DNA of 60,723 nt from a virus: positions 89,078 through 149,800 of the IMG/VR virus record IMGVR_UViG_3300048861_000143; one strand, given 5' to 3'. Below the pieces are notes generated by a model. It ran no database searches. It was not told the DNA's origin and was given only the letters and a program-made list of their open reading frames with translations. The translations under genes and the position numbers were made by a program. This document shows, piece after piece, positions 38,027-47,068 of this stretch (within the stretch, counting starts at the first letter, position 1; each line of letters begins with the position of its first letter).

Positions 38027-38440
38027 TCAGCCGTCCGCGCGCTCATCCGGCGGCGGCAGGTTCTCGGACACCCAAGCCCAATCGACAGCGGAGGCGGGGT
38101 CCGCCGGGTCATCGACCAAACCCCCAAACTTCACTTTGAGATCGTCCAGCCACTCGCGCCACTCAGCATGCGCCGCCGGCGCGTCGCCCATCCGCGCGAG
38201 ACGCTCGATGTGCCCGGCCTGCATCAGGACCGCCTCAGTGAGCTTCTCAATGGCCTCCTGAAGCGGGCTCGGGCCAGAGGGAGCCCTCATGTCGTCCTCG
38301 ATGATCGCCAGCCGGTCGGCAAGCAACTCCATGGTGATCTTCATCGCCGGGAGCTCGCTGACGAAGCCGGCAATCTCGCCCAGCTTCTCCTCGATCCCTG
38401 CCAGTGAGCCCTCTGCCTGCACCACGTCGCTCATTGCCAT
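38027..38440 (-). CDS. putative relaxosome accessory protein
   Basis: Coiled-coil protein between oriT and the relaxase, same strand as the relaxase. Confidence 0.45.
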   Translation of the reverse strand: MAMSDVVQAEGSLAGIEEKLGEIAGFVSELPAMKITMELLADRLAIIEDDMRAPSGPSPLQEAIEKLTEAVLMQAGHIERLARMGDAPAAHAEWREWLDDLKVKFGGLVDDPADPASAVDWAWVSENLPPPDERADG

Positions 38441-38501
38441 GCCTGCCCATAAAGAGACCCGTAACCCACTAAACGGATACGAGGCCGGGCGCAAGAAAAA
38501 C

Positions 38502-38531
38502 GCATCCCTGAAAGGGTGCAATGGTCTGTAG
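38502..38531 (+). promoter_or_regulatory. putative oriT/nic site (MOBF, R388-like)
   Basis: GCATCCCTGAAAGGGTGCAATGGTCT^GTAG resembles my recollection of the R388 nic region (GCACCGAAAGGTGCGTATTGTCT^ATAG). It lies in the divergent gap upstream of the relaxase operon. Confidence 0.65.
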
Positions 38532-38755
38532 GAGATTGAGCGTCTTGGAGACGCTTCCGCAAAGCGGGCTTAGCTGAGGTCAAACGCGCTGTTTCTGGCG
38601 CGTTTTCTGCCCATTGCCGAGCCCACAGCGAGGCGCAACTGAAGCCCTGCCGAAGCCACAAGTGGCGCACTCCGAGGCGTCCGTGAAGCGCTTCGGGTGC
38701 ATCGTGATGCCATTAAAGAGTGGACATGATGCCACTATATGGGCATTATGATCCC

Positions 38756-39214
38756 ATGAAGGCGGACATGCAGCGGCTTCTAACGCTGGTCAGACAGAAG
38801 GGGTGGGCGCGGCACTCGACGCTGTGGCTGATGATGCGGGCGCATTTCGACGAGCTGAGCAGAGCCATAGAGGACGGCGAGGCGACGATCACAGGCGTGG
38901 GGCGAGCGCTGGCGGAACAGGGCGCGCGAGACCGCCGCGGGCGAGAGCCAAGCGACAGGTGCATCAGGCAGACCTGGAGGCGTGTGGCGGAAGCTAAGCG
39001 GGCGGCGGCAGCCAAGGCAGCGAGAGCTGCGGATCGGAGACAGCCACTGGCCGGGCCGGTCGTTGCCAAGCCCGAGGCGGCTCCCGGAGTGCGGTTGATC
39101 CAGCAGGAGAGTGAAACCCAAGGAAGCGGGGCCATAAGCGTGGCGGCCGCGCTCGAGGGGTTCAAAGAGGCGGTCCCGTGGGCGGGTCCGAGGCAAGCAC
39201 GGAGGAGAGAATAG
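38756..39214 (+). CDS. TraK/StbA-like oriT-proximal protein
   Basis: First gene divergent from the relaxase; promoter TGGACA-17bp-CATTAT at 38721-38749. Confidence 0.5.
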   Translation: MKADMQRLLTLVRQKGWARHSTLWLMMRAHFDELSRAIEDGEATITGVGRALAEQGARDRRGREPSDRCIRQTWRRVAEAKRAAAAKAARAADRRQPLAGPVVAKPEAAPGVRLIQQESETQGSGAISVAAALEGFKEAVPWAGPRQARRRE

Positions 39215-39217
39215 ACA

Positions 39218-40042
39218 ATGGTGAAAAAGGAAGTGGATGAAGGCGTCGCCGCTGCGCCTCCAGAGGCCAAGGCGGGACAGGCGCGGCGGCCTATCCTGCT
39301 GATCATCGCGGGCCGCCAGTCGCGCGGGAAGAGCGTCCTTGCTTCCGTGGTGTGGGAGCTGGCTCAACGTCGGTACCCGCTCAAGCTGATCGAGGCATCG
39401 ACCAACAATCACCGCCTGGCTGAGCGTCTCGGAGATGCTGTCCTTGTCCCCGAGGGTTCCAGCGATGATCGGAGGCTATGGATTGAGGACGCGATCGCGG
39501 CCTGCGCAGCGGCGGCGGACACTCCCGAGCAACACGACCTGCTCATCGACATGCACGGCGGGGATGATCTTCTCTATCGCTGGGGGACCGAGACCGGAGC
39601 GGTTCAGCTGATGGAGCGACAGGGGCTTGACCTTGTGTTGATCCACATGGTCGGGCCGGACCCGGCCGACGTGGACTACATCGCGGACCTGGAGGCTGGC
39701 GGCGTTTTCGCGCCGGCAAAGACAGCCGTGATCATGAACGGCGGGTTGGTGACCGGGAACCGGCGCCCTGAGGCGGCTTTCGCACCGGTAGCTCGCCGAC
39801 TGATGGAGGTCATCAAGCGCAAGATCCTCATTCTCACCATGCAGCCACTCCCCTGCATGGATGGGATCCTTGAGCAAAACATCCCATTCCGCGAGGCCGG
39901 CCACGCTACCGACAAGCTGACCTTCTTTGACACCGGGCGAGCGGCGAGCTGGGTCAACCACGCTTTGCCGAAGCTCTTTGCGGGGAAACCCGGCGATCCC
40001 GCGAGCTTGAACCGCTGGCTGGACATCGAGGTGCATCCCTGA
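39218..40042 (+). CDS. TraL/StbB-like P-loop ATPase
   Basis: GRQSRGKS deviant Walker A, LLIDMHG; position. Confidence 0.6.
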   Translation: MVKKEVDEGVAAAPPEAKAGQARRPILLIIAGRQSRGKSVLASVVWELAQRRYPLKLIEASTNNHRLAERLGDAVLVPEGSSDDRRLWIEDAIAACAAAADTPEQHDLLIDMHGGDDLLYRWGTETGAVQLMERQGLDLVLIHMVGPDPADVDYIADLEAGGVFAPAKTAVIMNGGLVTGNRRPEAAFAPVARRLMEVIKRKILILTMQPLPCMDGILEQNIPFREAGHATDKLTFFDTGRAASWVNHALPKLFAGKPGDPASLNRWLDIEVHP

Positions 40043-40488
40043 TGGGCGCACCAACATCGGTCCGAGAAGCCGTGGCCGAGTGGGAAGCGATTGCCACTTC
40101 AGTCGGCATCAGGAAGGACCAGCCTGAGGGCGCTCTCTTTGCGACGATGCAAAAGACAGCGCTGAGCCTTAATGAGGCAATCGAGGTCTTGTCGGAGCTA
40201 CTTCACAGCCTCACGTCGCCGCAAGGCTCTCCGGCTCTACAGAGGGCCATAGCTCCAGCCGCAAAATCGGCATTTGCAAGTGTCGCTGGCGCACTGATCA
40301 GCTCGATCAAGTGGTACGCCCTGGCGGCAGTTACCGCTCTAGCGGTGGTTTGCTTCTCTTCCGGATGGCTAGCCCGCGGCTGGGCGGCTTCCCCACTCGA
40401 AACTCGGATAGCCAACGATTGCTTGCGGGCTGCTAAGCCGGCGCAAGGCGGAGGAGTCGCATGCGCAATTTGGGTGACGCGGCCATGA
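40042..40488 (+). CDS. TraM/StbC-position membrane-anchored protein
   Basis: TGATG coupling; one TM. Confidence 0.45.
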   Translation: MGAPTSVREAVAEWEAIATSVGIRKDQPEGALFATMQKTALSLNEAIEVLSELLHSLTSPQGSPALQRAIAPAAKSAFASVAGALISSIKWYALAAVTALAVVCFSSGWLARGWAASPLETRIANDCLRAAKPAQGGGVACAIWVTRP

Positions 40489-40648
40489 GCGAGCGCCGTC
40501 ATGATCTGCTGGGGCCTACGACGGATCGCTGGCTAGCTCGCGCCGCGATCGTAGCGCTGGTTCCCTCAGTGCTTTTTCTCTGCTGGATTGTTGCGAGCGT
40601 TCTTGGCGCAGCGCCCTGCTGCTGGCGCTGATCAACGGAGGTTTCATC

Positions 40649-40912
40649 ATGAGCCGCAGACAAATCCCAATGCCGCCGGGCAAAATCGAGATGTTCATCG
40701 GCTGGGATCCTGGCCAGCAGACATTCTACTTCCAGGGATATGACTGGAACCAGCCCGAGCAAGACAATCCAGTGCTGTGGCTCGGCGCCTTACCTCCGTA
40801 TTACCCTGACCTCGACGGCCTCCTGGCAGAGTTGAAACCCTTCGAGCTTCCTGCAGACATCCGGAGGGAATTGCTCGAGGATCAGCGGCTCAATCGCACC
40901 GACCATGGGTGA
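40649..40912 (+). CDS. hypothetical protein
   Basis: SD GGAGG; IGWDPGQQTFYFQ motif. Confidence 0.55.
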   Translation: MSRRQIPMPPGKIEMFIGWDPGQQTFYFQGYDWNQPEQDNPVLWLGALPPYYPDLDGLLAELKPFELPADIRRELLEDQRLNRTDHG

Positions 40913-41065
40913 GCCGCTTCGCTCCAAGGAGCAGATTGCAAGGAGGCTCTGGCTGAAAGTGGGGCTCCTGGCCGTCTTTACCGGACTGCTTGTGATCGCG
41001 GTCGGTATCTGGGGATCTCCGATACGGGCGGTATATGAAATGCTAAGCGAGCATGCAGCGATCCG

Positions 41066-41257
41066 ATGAGTACGCCCGAGACATCCGAGCAGCTCTACCG
41101 ATGGTTCTGGAAATCCCGCCTTCCAGAGAGGCGAGGCGAGGACTTCCGAGTGCTCGTTAGGGGGACGCTGAACTCGCGACTAATCGAGTTCGTGTCGGAC
41201 GGCTTCAAGGTCGTGACGAGCGGGAATGCGCTAAGGAAGCGCCCTCGTACGGAATAG
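41066..41257 (+). CDS. hypothetical protein
   Basis: YRWFW...R.G..FRVLVRG..NS.LIEF.DG..VVTS.NALR. Confidence 0.55.
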   Translation: MSTPETSEQLYRWFWKSRLPERRGEDFRVLVRGTLNSRLIEFVSDGFKVVTSGNALRKRPRTE

Positions 41258-41267
41258 GCTGCAGGAA

Positions 41268-41354
41268 CAAAAAAAGCCCCGGCACGAGGCCGGGGCAGTT
41301 TAGGGAGGAAACGTCCAAGATGCGGACACAGTCTGCTGCGACTGCGCAAGCAGA
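41268..41354 (-). ncRNA. suhB/MmgR (alpha-r8)-like small RNA
   Basis: Minus strand TTGGACGTTTCCTCCCTAAACT followed by a GCCCCGGC hairpin and U7; two further 5' hairpins. Confidence 0.65.
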
Positions 41355-41399
41355 AGATACATAGTTGGCAACGGTCCGATTTGAAGGGTCCCTGCCCAC

Positions 41400-41470
41400 A
41401 AAAAAAAAAGCCCCGGCACTGAGGCCGGGGCAAGGTTCGCTTCAGGGAAACCGGCACCATTGGTGCCAGC
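41400..41470 (-). ncRNA. second, paralogous small RNA
   Basis: Near-identical terminator hairpin plus a long U-run, GGCACCAATGGTGCC hairpin, GTTTCCCT single-stranded motif, and an upstream promoter motif shared with the first unit. Confidence 0.5.
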
Positions 41471-41562
41471 ACACAGATAGTTGCATGCGGCCCCTTTTTA
41501 AGGGTCGCCCGACGCTAAAAAGCGTGGCAGAATCTGCCTGCATATTGAGAGGAGACAGGCTG

Positions 41563-41994
41563 GTGAGTGGCATCGCTTCACCTCGAGAAGCTGAAGACGT
41601 CCCCTATGATCCGCCGCCAATCTGGATACGCGGCCGCGCCATCTGGGAAAACTCCCTGCGCCGCTGGACGCGCAACACCAGCGTTGATGATTTCCTACTC
41701 CACCTGGCCGAAAATGACCGAGTGTGCGTCGTGGCGTGGCTCGAAAAGCAGGCTGTCCCGCCGGGCATCCTAATGAGCGAGAGGCTAGCGCTGGAGCGCG
41801 GCCTGCAGGCCAAAAGACCTGGTATGCGCGCCTCCATCCCTCCTCGCGCCGGTCGGTTAGGCACGGTCCCAGTGCTCTGCGGATCGGGTCGGTCGTGGGA
41901 GGTGCTTGTGTCCGTGCGGGATGACGATCGGGATGCGTGCTTCGCACGTGCAGAGGGCTACGTCAGGGAATTCAACGATCATGTCCCATCCTGA
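41563..41994 (+). CDS. hypothetical protein
   Basis: GTG start after SD GAGGAG. Confidence 0.45.
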   Translation: MSGIASPREAEDVPYDPPPIWIRGRAIWENSLRRWTRNTSVDDFLLHLAENDRVCVVAWLEKQAVPPGILMSERLALERGLQAKRPGMRASIPPRAGRLGTVPVLCGSGRSWEVLVSVRDDDRDACFARAEGYVREFNDHVPS

Positions 41995-42253
41995 AGCGGC
42001 GCTCGACTGGGATGCTCTGCACGAGGTCTATTCCCTCGGTTTCCGGCAGGCGATGGAAATGTCGGCCGATTGGCCGCGCGAGAAGATCCTCGCCGTCCTT
42101 CCAAATTGGATGGGCCTAGCCTGCGGGCCTCAGCGCAATCGACCGTCGAACTTGACGATCTCCTACGCCTGGGGAGCCATCGACGCCTTCACGCAACTTC
42201 TCCTAGAGCGCGACGGGCTAGCGCCCGTTGAGCTTCCCCAGGGCCTCCGGTGA
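41981..42253 (+). CDS. hypothetical protein
   Basis: Overlaps both neighbours. Confidence 0.45.
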   Translation: MSHPEAALDWDALHEVYSLGFRQAMEMSADWPREKILAVLPNWMGLACGPQRNRPSNLTISYAWGAIDAFTQLLLERDGLAPVELPQGLR

Positions 42254-42513
42254 TGCCCGTGCACGATGATGCGGGTGCGCAGACCTATGTCGTTCGCGTG
42301 GAGCGCGGACACCTCGACGTCATGTATCTCAGGTCTGAACACGACGGCGACTTCCAGTTTCACCGCTCCAAGCGAAGGGCTCTCCTCCTCTCCGATCTGC
42401 AGGAGGCTGCTCGGCTCGCCGAGAGGATCAGGAGAGAGTTCCGCTACATCGCAACAGAAGAGATCGCCAAATTCGCGAAGCAAGAAGGTAAAGCCAAAGT
42501 AGCTTTACGTTGA
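42250..42513 (+). CDS. hypothetical protein
   Basis: GTGA overlap with the upstream gene. Confidence 0.45.
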   Translation: MMPVHDDAGAQTYVVRVERGHLDVMYLRSEHDGDFQFHRSKRRALLLSDLQEAARLAERIRREFRYIATEEIAKFAKQEGKAKVALR

Positions 42514-42592
42514 CGATCGCAATACGGCAAAATCAGACCAGTTAAAAAACGCATAGCTGCTATAACCGGATAGAAATCGCAGCTTCTATTAC

Positions 42593-42627
42593 TTGAAGAG
42601 CGGCCGCCGCGGTGGTATAAATACCAC
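42593..42627 (+). promoter_or_regulatory. promoter with the phage-repressor-type operator, heading the ssb operon
   Basis: TTGAAG-17bp-TATAAA; operator GTGGTATAAATACCAC at 42612-42627. Confidence 0.65.
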
Positions 42628-42628
42628 T

Positions 42629-42904
42629 ATGAGGACCAAGCAGAGCCCCGACACATGCGCGCACAAACCGGTCAGCATCGATCGGATCGTGTGTCGTTGT
42701 GGGCGGCCTGCTGTGGTGATCAGCCCTGGATCTGAGGATGAGTGTGCGCCGGGAGGGATCCTGATCTCGCGCGGCGCCCCACTCACCGGCCGATGCCTGG
42801 AGCATTGGCCAATTGAGGGTGGTCTGTTGTTCCGCCTCGAGGAGGTCCCGCCGCCGAAGCGCGGCACGGATCCGCTCATGCAATTCAAGGGAGGCCGTCG
42901 ATGA
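42629..42904 (+). CDS. hypothetical Cys/His protein
   Basis: ATG directly after the promoter; CRCG...CLEH. Confidence 0.45.
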   Translation: MRTKQSPDTCAHKPVSIDRIVCRCGRPAVVISPGSEDECAPGGILISRGAPLTGRCLEHWPIEGGLLFRLEEVPPPKRGTDPLMQFKGGRR

Positions 42905-43170
42905 CGGAGGCCGAGCTCGTGCGAAATCTGTCCGTAGGTGAGAAGGCGGCTCTCAAGTGGCTGCCTGAGGACGGCACCTTCAAGGAGGTCACTAGGAGCC
43001 TGAACGTTGTCCCGCCCCTCCTGAGGCTGCAGGAGCGCGAGTTGGCCGTCAGGTGCCACCCCAACAAGCTGCGCAATGCCTCCTGGGCCCTGACGTCTCG
43101 TGGGCAGAGGGTCGCGGCATTGCTTGGGACTGGTTTGGAGCCCGACCCAGGGCCGAGGCCGCGATGGTGA
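42901..43170 (+). CDS. hypothetical (winged-helix-like) protein
   Basis: ATGA overlap; L.RLQERELA...WALTSRG. Confidence 0.45.
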   Translation: MTEAELVRNLSVGEKAALKWLPEDGTFKEVTRSLNVVPPLLRLQERELAVRCHPNKLRNASWALTSRGQRVAALLGTGLEPDPGPRPRW

Positions 43171-43212
43171 GCCCAGCCATCGGCCCGCCAATCAAGAACC
43201 GAAGGAGACGAA

Positions 43213-43488
43213 ATGTCTGAGCATACCGACGGTGCTGTCGAGCCTAGTGGATCGGCATCAGATCCACGGACAGACCGCATCGCTGAGCTGACGAAGATCA
43301 TCTGGGCCCGGTTCCATCCCCGCTTCACCGGCGGCACCACCCCAACGGAGCAGGACTTCCAGCGCCGATACGAGGCTTGGCTGGGCGGGCGTCCGAACAG
43401 CGACCCATTCATCCAGCAGGCCCGGCTTGCCGCGGACGACATTGCGGCGGGGATCGACAGCGGCAAGTTCGTGCTGAGGGACGAGTAG
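43213..43488 (+). CDS. hypothetical protein
   Basis: SD AAGGAG. Confidence 0.5.
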   Translation: MSEHTDGAVEPSGSASDPRTDRIAELTKIIWARFHPRFTGGTTPTEQDFQRRYEAWLGGRPNSDPFIQQARLAADDIAAGIDSGKFVLRDE

Positions 43489-43489
43489 C

Positions 43490-44077
43490 ATGGCGGGTAG
43501 CGTCAACAAGGTCGTCATAGTCGGCAACCTGGGCAAAGACCCAGAGGTCCGCACGACGCAAGACGGGTCGAAGATCGTCAATCTCACGGTCGCGACCAGC
43601 GATGTCTGGAACGACCGCAGTTCCGGCGAGCGCAGGGAGCGCACCGAGTGGCACCGGGTGGTGATCTTCAATGATCGCCTCGGAGATGTCGCTGAACGCT
43701 TTCTGCGGAAGGGAAGCAAGGCCTACATCGAGGGCGCCTTGCAGACACGGAAGTGGACCGATCAGCAGGGACAGGACCGCTACACGACCGAGGTCGTGCT
43801 CGCGAAGTTCCGCGGCGAATTGGTGCTCCTGGATACCCGCGGCGGCGGTGAGAACGGCGGTGACGCGCCTCGCGGCGAAGATCAGCACTCTCGCGGATCG
43901 GGATACGGGGGCCAGGGCGGCGGACGCTCGTCCAGTGGAGGGAGATCCGGCGGCGCGGCCCGCGGTGGCGACGCGTGGGGCGGCGGCGGAGGATCCTGGG
44001 GGCCGTCTTCGGGTGGCTCACAGGCGCCCGGCGGCGATCTGGATGACGAGATCCCGTTCGCCCCGTGCTGGATGTGA
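43490..44077 (+). CDS. ssb: single-stranded DNA-binding protein
   Basis: [21 protein letters not shown]...TEWHRV...DLDDEIPF. Confidence 0.96.
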   Translation: MAGSVNKVVIVGNLGKDPEVRTTQDGSKIVNLTVATSDVWNDRSSGERRERTEWHRVVIFNDRLGDVAERFLRKGSKAYIEGALQTRKWTDQQGQDRYTTEVVLAKFRGELVLLDTRGGGENGGDAPRGEDQHSRGSGYGGQGGGRSSSGGRSGGAARGGDAWGGGGGSWGPSSGGSQAPGGDLDDEIPFAPCWM

Positions 44078-44088
44078 GGGCCCGTTCA

Positions 44089-44271
44089 TCAGGGCCCACT
44101 TCGGTGCCGCTGCTTGCCGGAACTGAGCAGCTTCAGCGCTGCGAGAGCGGTTCCGACAGCAAGGAAAAGCACCAACAAGTCCAGTAGCGCCATCGCAGAG
44201 CGCAGCAGAAAGCTCGCCACAAGTGCCGCGACGATGGCGGCGAGAACGGTGAAGACAAGCCTGAGTGTCAC
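44089..44271 (-). CDS. small membrane protein
   Basis: Two hydrophobic segments; SD GGAG. Confidence 0.4.
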   Translation of the reverse strand: MTLRLVFTVLAAIVAALVASFLLRSAMALLDLLVLFLAVGTALAALKLLSSGKQRHRSGP

Positions 44272-44295
44272 AACAGATCTCCAGGAGACAAAACG

Positions 44296-44748
44296 ATGAT
44301 GGATTGGTTGCGGAACGCTGGCCAGACGCTCCGGAAGGAGCTCGATGACGGCGTGTCACGGTTCAAGAACAGGCCGTTCATGGAGGCTGTAGTCGCCGGC
44401 TGTGCCCTGGTCTCAATGGCAGATGGGGTCATCAAGCCAGAGGAGAAGCGGAAAATGCATCTCTTCTTGGAGAAGTCCCCAGAGCTGCGAGCCTTCAAGA
44501 TCAATGACGTCCTGGCGTTCTTCCAGGAGGTGGTCGGGCACTTCGACTTCGACTTCGAGATAGGGAAGACGGAGGCCCTCAAGATCATCCGGAAGATCAA
44601 AGACAATCCCGAGGCAGCGGCGATCGCCGTGCGGGTGTGTTGCGTCATCGGCGCCTCAGATGGCGATTTCGACAATGAGGAGAAAGCAGTCGTCGCAGAA
44701 ATGTGCCGGGAGCTGAACCTGGATCCTTCCAAGTTCGGCCTGGCCTGA
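44296..44748 (+). CDS. terB: tellurite resistance TerB family protein
   Basis: FMEAVVAGCALVSMADGVI..EE...IGASDGDFD..EK. Confidence 0.88.
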   Translation: MMDWLRNAGQTLRKELDDGVSRFKNRPFMEAVVAGCALVSMADGVIKPEEKRKMHLFLEKSPELRAFKINDVLAFFQEVVGHFDFDFEIGKTEALKIIRKIKDNPEAAAIAVRVCCVIGASDGDFDNEEKAVVAEMCRELNLDPSKFGLA

Positions 44749-44785
44749 ACACCAATCACTGACCAGTGGAGCACCGAGAAGCACT

Positions 44786-45394
44786 ATGAGCAGCACAATC
44801 GCGAACAACTTCGAGCTGAACAAGGGTGATCAGTTCATCGTCGCCCTGGACATCTCCGGGTCCATGCAAATGAAGGACTGCCCGGGCAACGCCAGCCGGT
44901 TCTCCTACGTGCTGGAGACCATGGAGGTGTTCATCAGCGAGGCGTCGAAGTGGGATCCTGATGGCGTGTCCTTCTATGCCTTCAACAACGAGGTCCAGGA
45001 GTTCCCGGACGTCGCGTCGACGGAGGCGCTCCACGAAACCATCGGACGGCTGCGTCCGGGCGGCGGGACTGCCACCCATCGGGCGATTTCGGCCGCCTAC
45101 AGGGAGCACAAGCTCAAGGGCAGCGAGCAGACCTTCCTCCTCCTTTTCACCGATGGTGAGCCGTCCGATCGGCAGGCGGTGAAGCAGGCGATCGTGGATA
45201 TCACCAACGACGTGAAGGACGAGAAGGAGTTCCGGATCTGCATCCTGACCGTCGGTGCCAGGACCCCGGAGCTGAGCGCGTGGCTCTCTGATCTGGACGA
45301 CAACCTGACCGAGGCGAAGTACGACATCGTCGACATCGAGAAGCTCGAAGACGTCGATTTCGAGCGCGCGGTCGCCAACGCCATCGAGGGCTGA
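44786..45394 (+). CDS. vWA domain protein (Ter-associated)
   Basis: MIDAS motif DISGSM, GGT.T, FTDGEP. Confidence 0.85.
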   Translation: MSSTIANNFELNKGDQFIVALDISGSMQMKDCPGNASRFSYVLETMEVFISEASKWDPDGVSFYAFNNEVQEFPDVASTEALHETIGRLRPGGGTATHRAISAAYREHKLKGSEQTFLLLFTDGEPSDRQAVKQAIVDITNDVKDEKEFRICILTVGARTPELSAWLSDLDDNLTEAKYDIVDIEKLEDVDFERAVANAIEG

Positions 45395-45460
45395 ACCAAG
45401 CCGGCCGGCTGTCCGGCGACGTAGCCGGCGGCCGGCTCTTAGGAAGGTGGAAGAGAGCCT

Positions 45461-46165
45461 ATGAGTGCAGTCCTCGTCCTGTCCGTGCTCCAGATCACGT
45501 GGATCGACATCCTGCTGTCTGGGGACAACGCCGTTGTCATTGCCATGGCCTGCAGGTCCCTCCCTCCCCGCAAGCGGGTGGTCGGGATCACGCTGGGCGT
45601 GATAGCGGCGTTTATCCTCCGGGTCTGCTTTGCAGCTGCGATCGCCTACCTTCTGGCGGTGCCCTACCTGAAGCTGGTCGGGGGAGCGCTCCTGCTGTGG
45701 ATCGCTGTGAAGCTCGTGCGCGGCGAAGACGAAGATGGCGGCCCGACCAAGGAGGTGACCGGCCTTATCAGGGCCGTCCTGACGATCGCGGCGGCGGATG
45801 CCGTCATGAGCCTCGACAACGTGGTAGCCATCGCCGCGGCATCCCACGGCAATGACGTCCTGTTCGTGCTGGGCCTGCTGGTATCCATGCCGCTCATGAT
45901 CTTCGGAGCATCGCTCATATCAGCCGCCGTCTCGAGGTGGCCGATCATCGTCTGGGCTGGTGGAGCGCTCCTGGGCTGGATTGCCGGCGAGATGGTGCTG
46001 TCGGACCGTCACGTCATCGAGGCGGTCTACATGGCGGTGCACGACGTCCGCGTGCTTGCCTCCTATGCGGCCGCGGCGTTCTGCGCCCTGCTGGTTGTGG
46101 CCTTAGGCCAGATTGCGAGGGGCTTTCGCCAAGCCCCCTCCCCTGCCCCGGAACCGGCTCCATGA
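45461..46165 (+). CDS. TerC family membrane protein
   Basis: IDILLSGDNAVVIAMA, ADAVMSLDNVVAIAAA. Confidence 0.9.
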   Translation: MSAVLVLSVLQITWIDILLSGDNAVVIAMACRSLPPRKRVVGITLGVIAAFILRVCFAAAIAYLLAVPYLKLVGGALLLWIAVKLVRGEDEDGGPTKEVTGLIRAVLTIAAADAVMSLDNVVAIAAASHGNDVLFVLGLLVSMPLMIFGASLISAAVSRWPIIVWAGGALLGWIAGEMVLSDRHVIEAVYMAVHDVRVLASYAAAAFCALLVVALGQIARGFRQAPSPAPEPAP

Positions 46166-46518
46166 CGGTCTACGTGGATTCCATGCGGGCGAAGTACGGC
46201 AGGCTCGTGCTCTGCCACATGATCGCCGACACGGACGAAGAGCTGCACGCCATGGCCGATCGCATCGGCGTCGCTCGGAAATGGCATCAGTCACCGCCCC
46301 TGGCCAGCAGCAGTCACTACGACATCGCGCTCTGCAAGCGCGCATTGGCCATCGAAGCCGGGGCCGTCCCGATCACGTGGCGCCAGTGCTCGCTGATGAC
46401 GATGCTGCGCCGGCGGAATCCTGATGCGCCGCTCATAACCCCGGAGGAAGCCGAACGGCTTCTGCGCGATCGGGCGATACCCGACGCAGTGGCTGGAACT
46501 CGGCCAGACCTGTTTTGA
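46162..46518 (+). CDS. DUF4031 domain protein
   Basis: MTVYVD...CHMIADT.EELHAMA.RIG..RKWHQ...HYDI...KRA.AI.AGA. Confidence 0.85.
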   Translation: MTVYVDSMRAKYGRLVLCHMIADTDEELHAMADRIGVARKWHQSPPLASSSHYDIALCKRALAIEAGAVPITWRQCSLMTMLRRRNPDAPLITPEEAERLLRDRAIPDAVAGTRPDLF

Positions 46519-46530
46519 GGAGCACCAGCA

Positions 46531-46743
46531 ATGGACAAGCAAGAGCAGCGGTCTTCGCCTGGATCTAAGCGCGGCGAGGCCTTCGATGCCGACCTCAGGC
46601 GGCTGTGGGGTGTTGGAGACTCGATCTCGGCCATTGGGCGAAAGCTCGGCGTCTCGCGAAACGTCGTTGTGGGCAGAGCGCATCGGCTGGATCTGCCCGG
46701 GCGTGAGTCTCCCATCCGGCGCGATAACAGTCATCAGGCCTGA
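46531..46743 (+). CDS. mini-GcrA (N-terminal HTH only)
   Basis: LRRLWGVGDSISAIGRKLGVSRNVVVGRAHRLDLPGRESPIRR matches the GcrA N-terminal domain. Confidence 0.7.
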   Translation: MDKQEQRSSPGSKRGEAFDADLRRLWGVGDSISAIGRKLGVSRNVVVGRAHRLDLPGRESPIRRDNSHQA

Positions 46744-46747
46744 GCGC

Positions 46748-46969
46748 ATGCCGAGAGAGCCCAAAGAACCAGACTTCGACCCGGAGCTGGTAACCAGTGT
46801 GAGTGAGATCGTTTATCGAGAGCGACTCGGAGAAACCGATGCGGCGAAGATGATCGCCGATGATGGCGACGGCGGAGTGAAGTTCAGAAAGCGCGCCGCT
46901 GCGTACGACGCACTTACGAAGGCCTACATCCGCGCAATCCAAGCAGTCGGGTTGGATGCAAAGAAGTGA
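46748..46969 (+). CDS. hypothetical protein
   Basis: ORF following mini-GcrA. Confidence 0.4.
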   Translation: MPREPKEPDFDPELVTSVSEIVYRERLGETDAAKMIADDGDGGVKFRKRAAAYDALTKAYIRAIQAVGLDAKK

Positions 46970-47068
46970 TCACGTTTTGATGATCATGATTCCTAATTGA
47001 GTCGTAACGCTTGAACCGACGCCTCTCAGCGAGACACATGCATCACGCCAACAACACAAGAGGTTTTC

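Noticed and set aside
36383-38407. 674-aa plus-strand ORF and similar long antisense ORFs (6919..7914, 12691..13710, 44756..45847)
   Set aside because: These are GC-rich shadow frames of the relaxase, initiator, YqaJ and vWA/TerC genes.
41268-41431. Duplicated hairpins as a CRISPR or REP array
   Set aside because: Only two copies, each with a U-tract and its own promoter-like motif; better explained as sRNA terminators.
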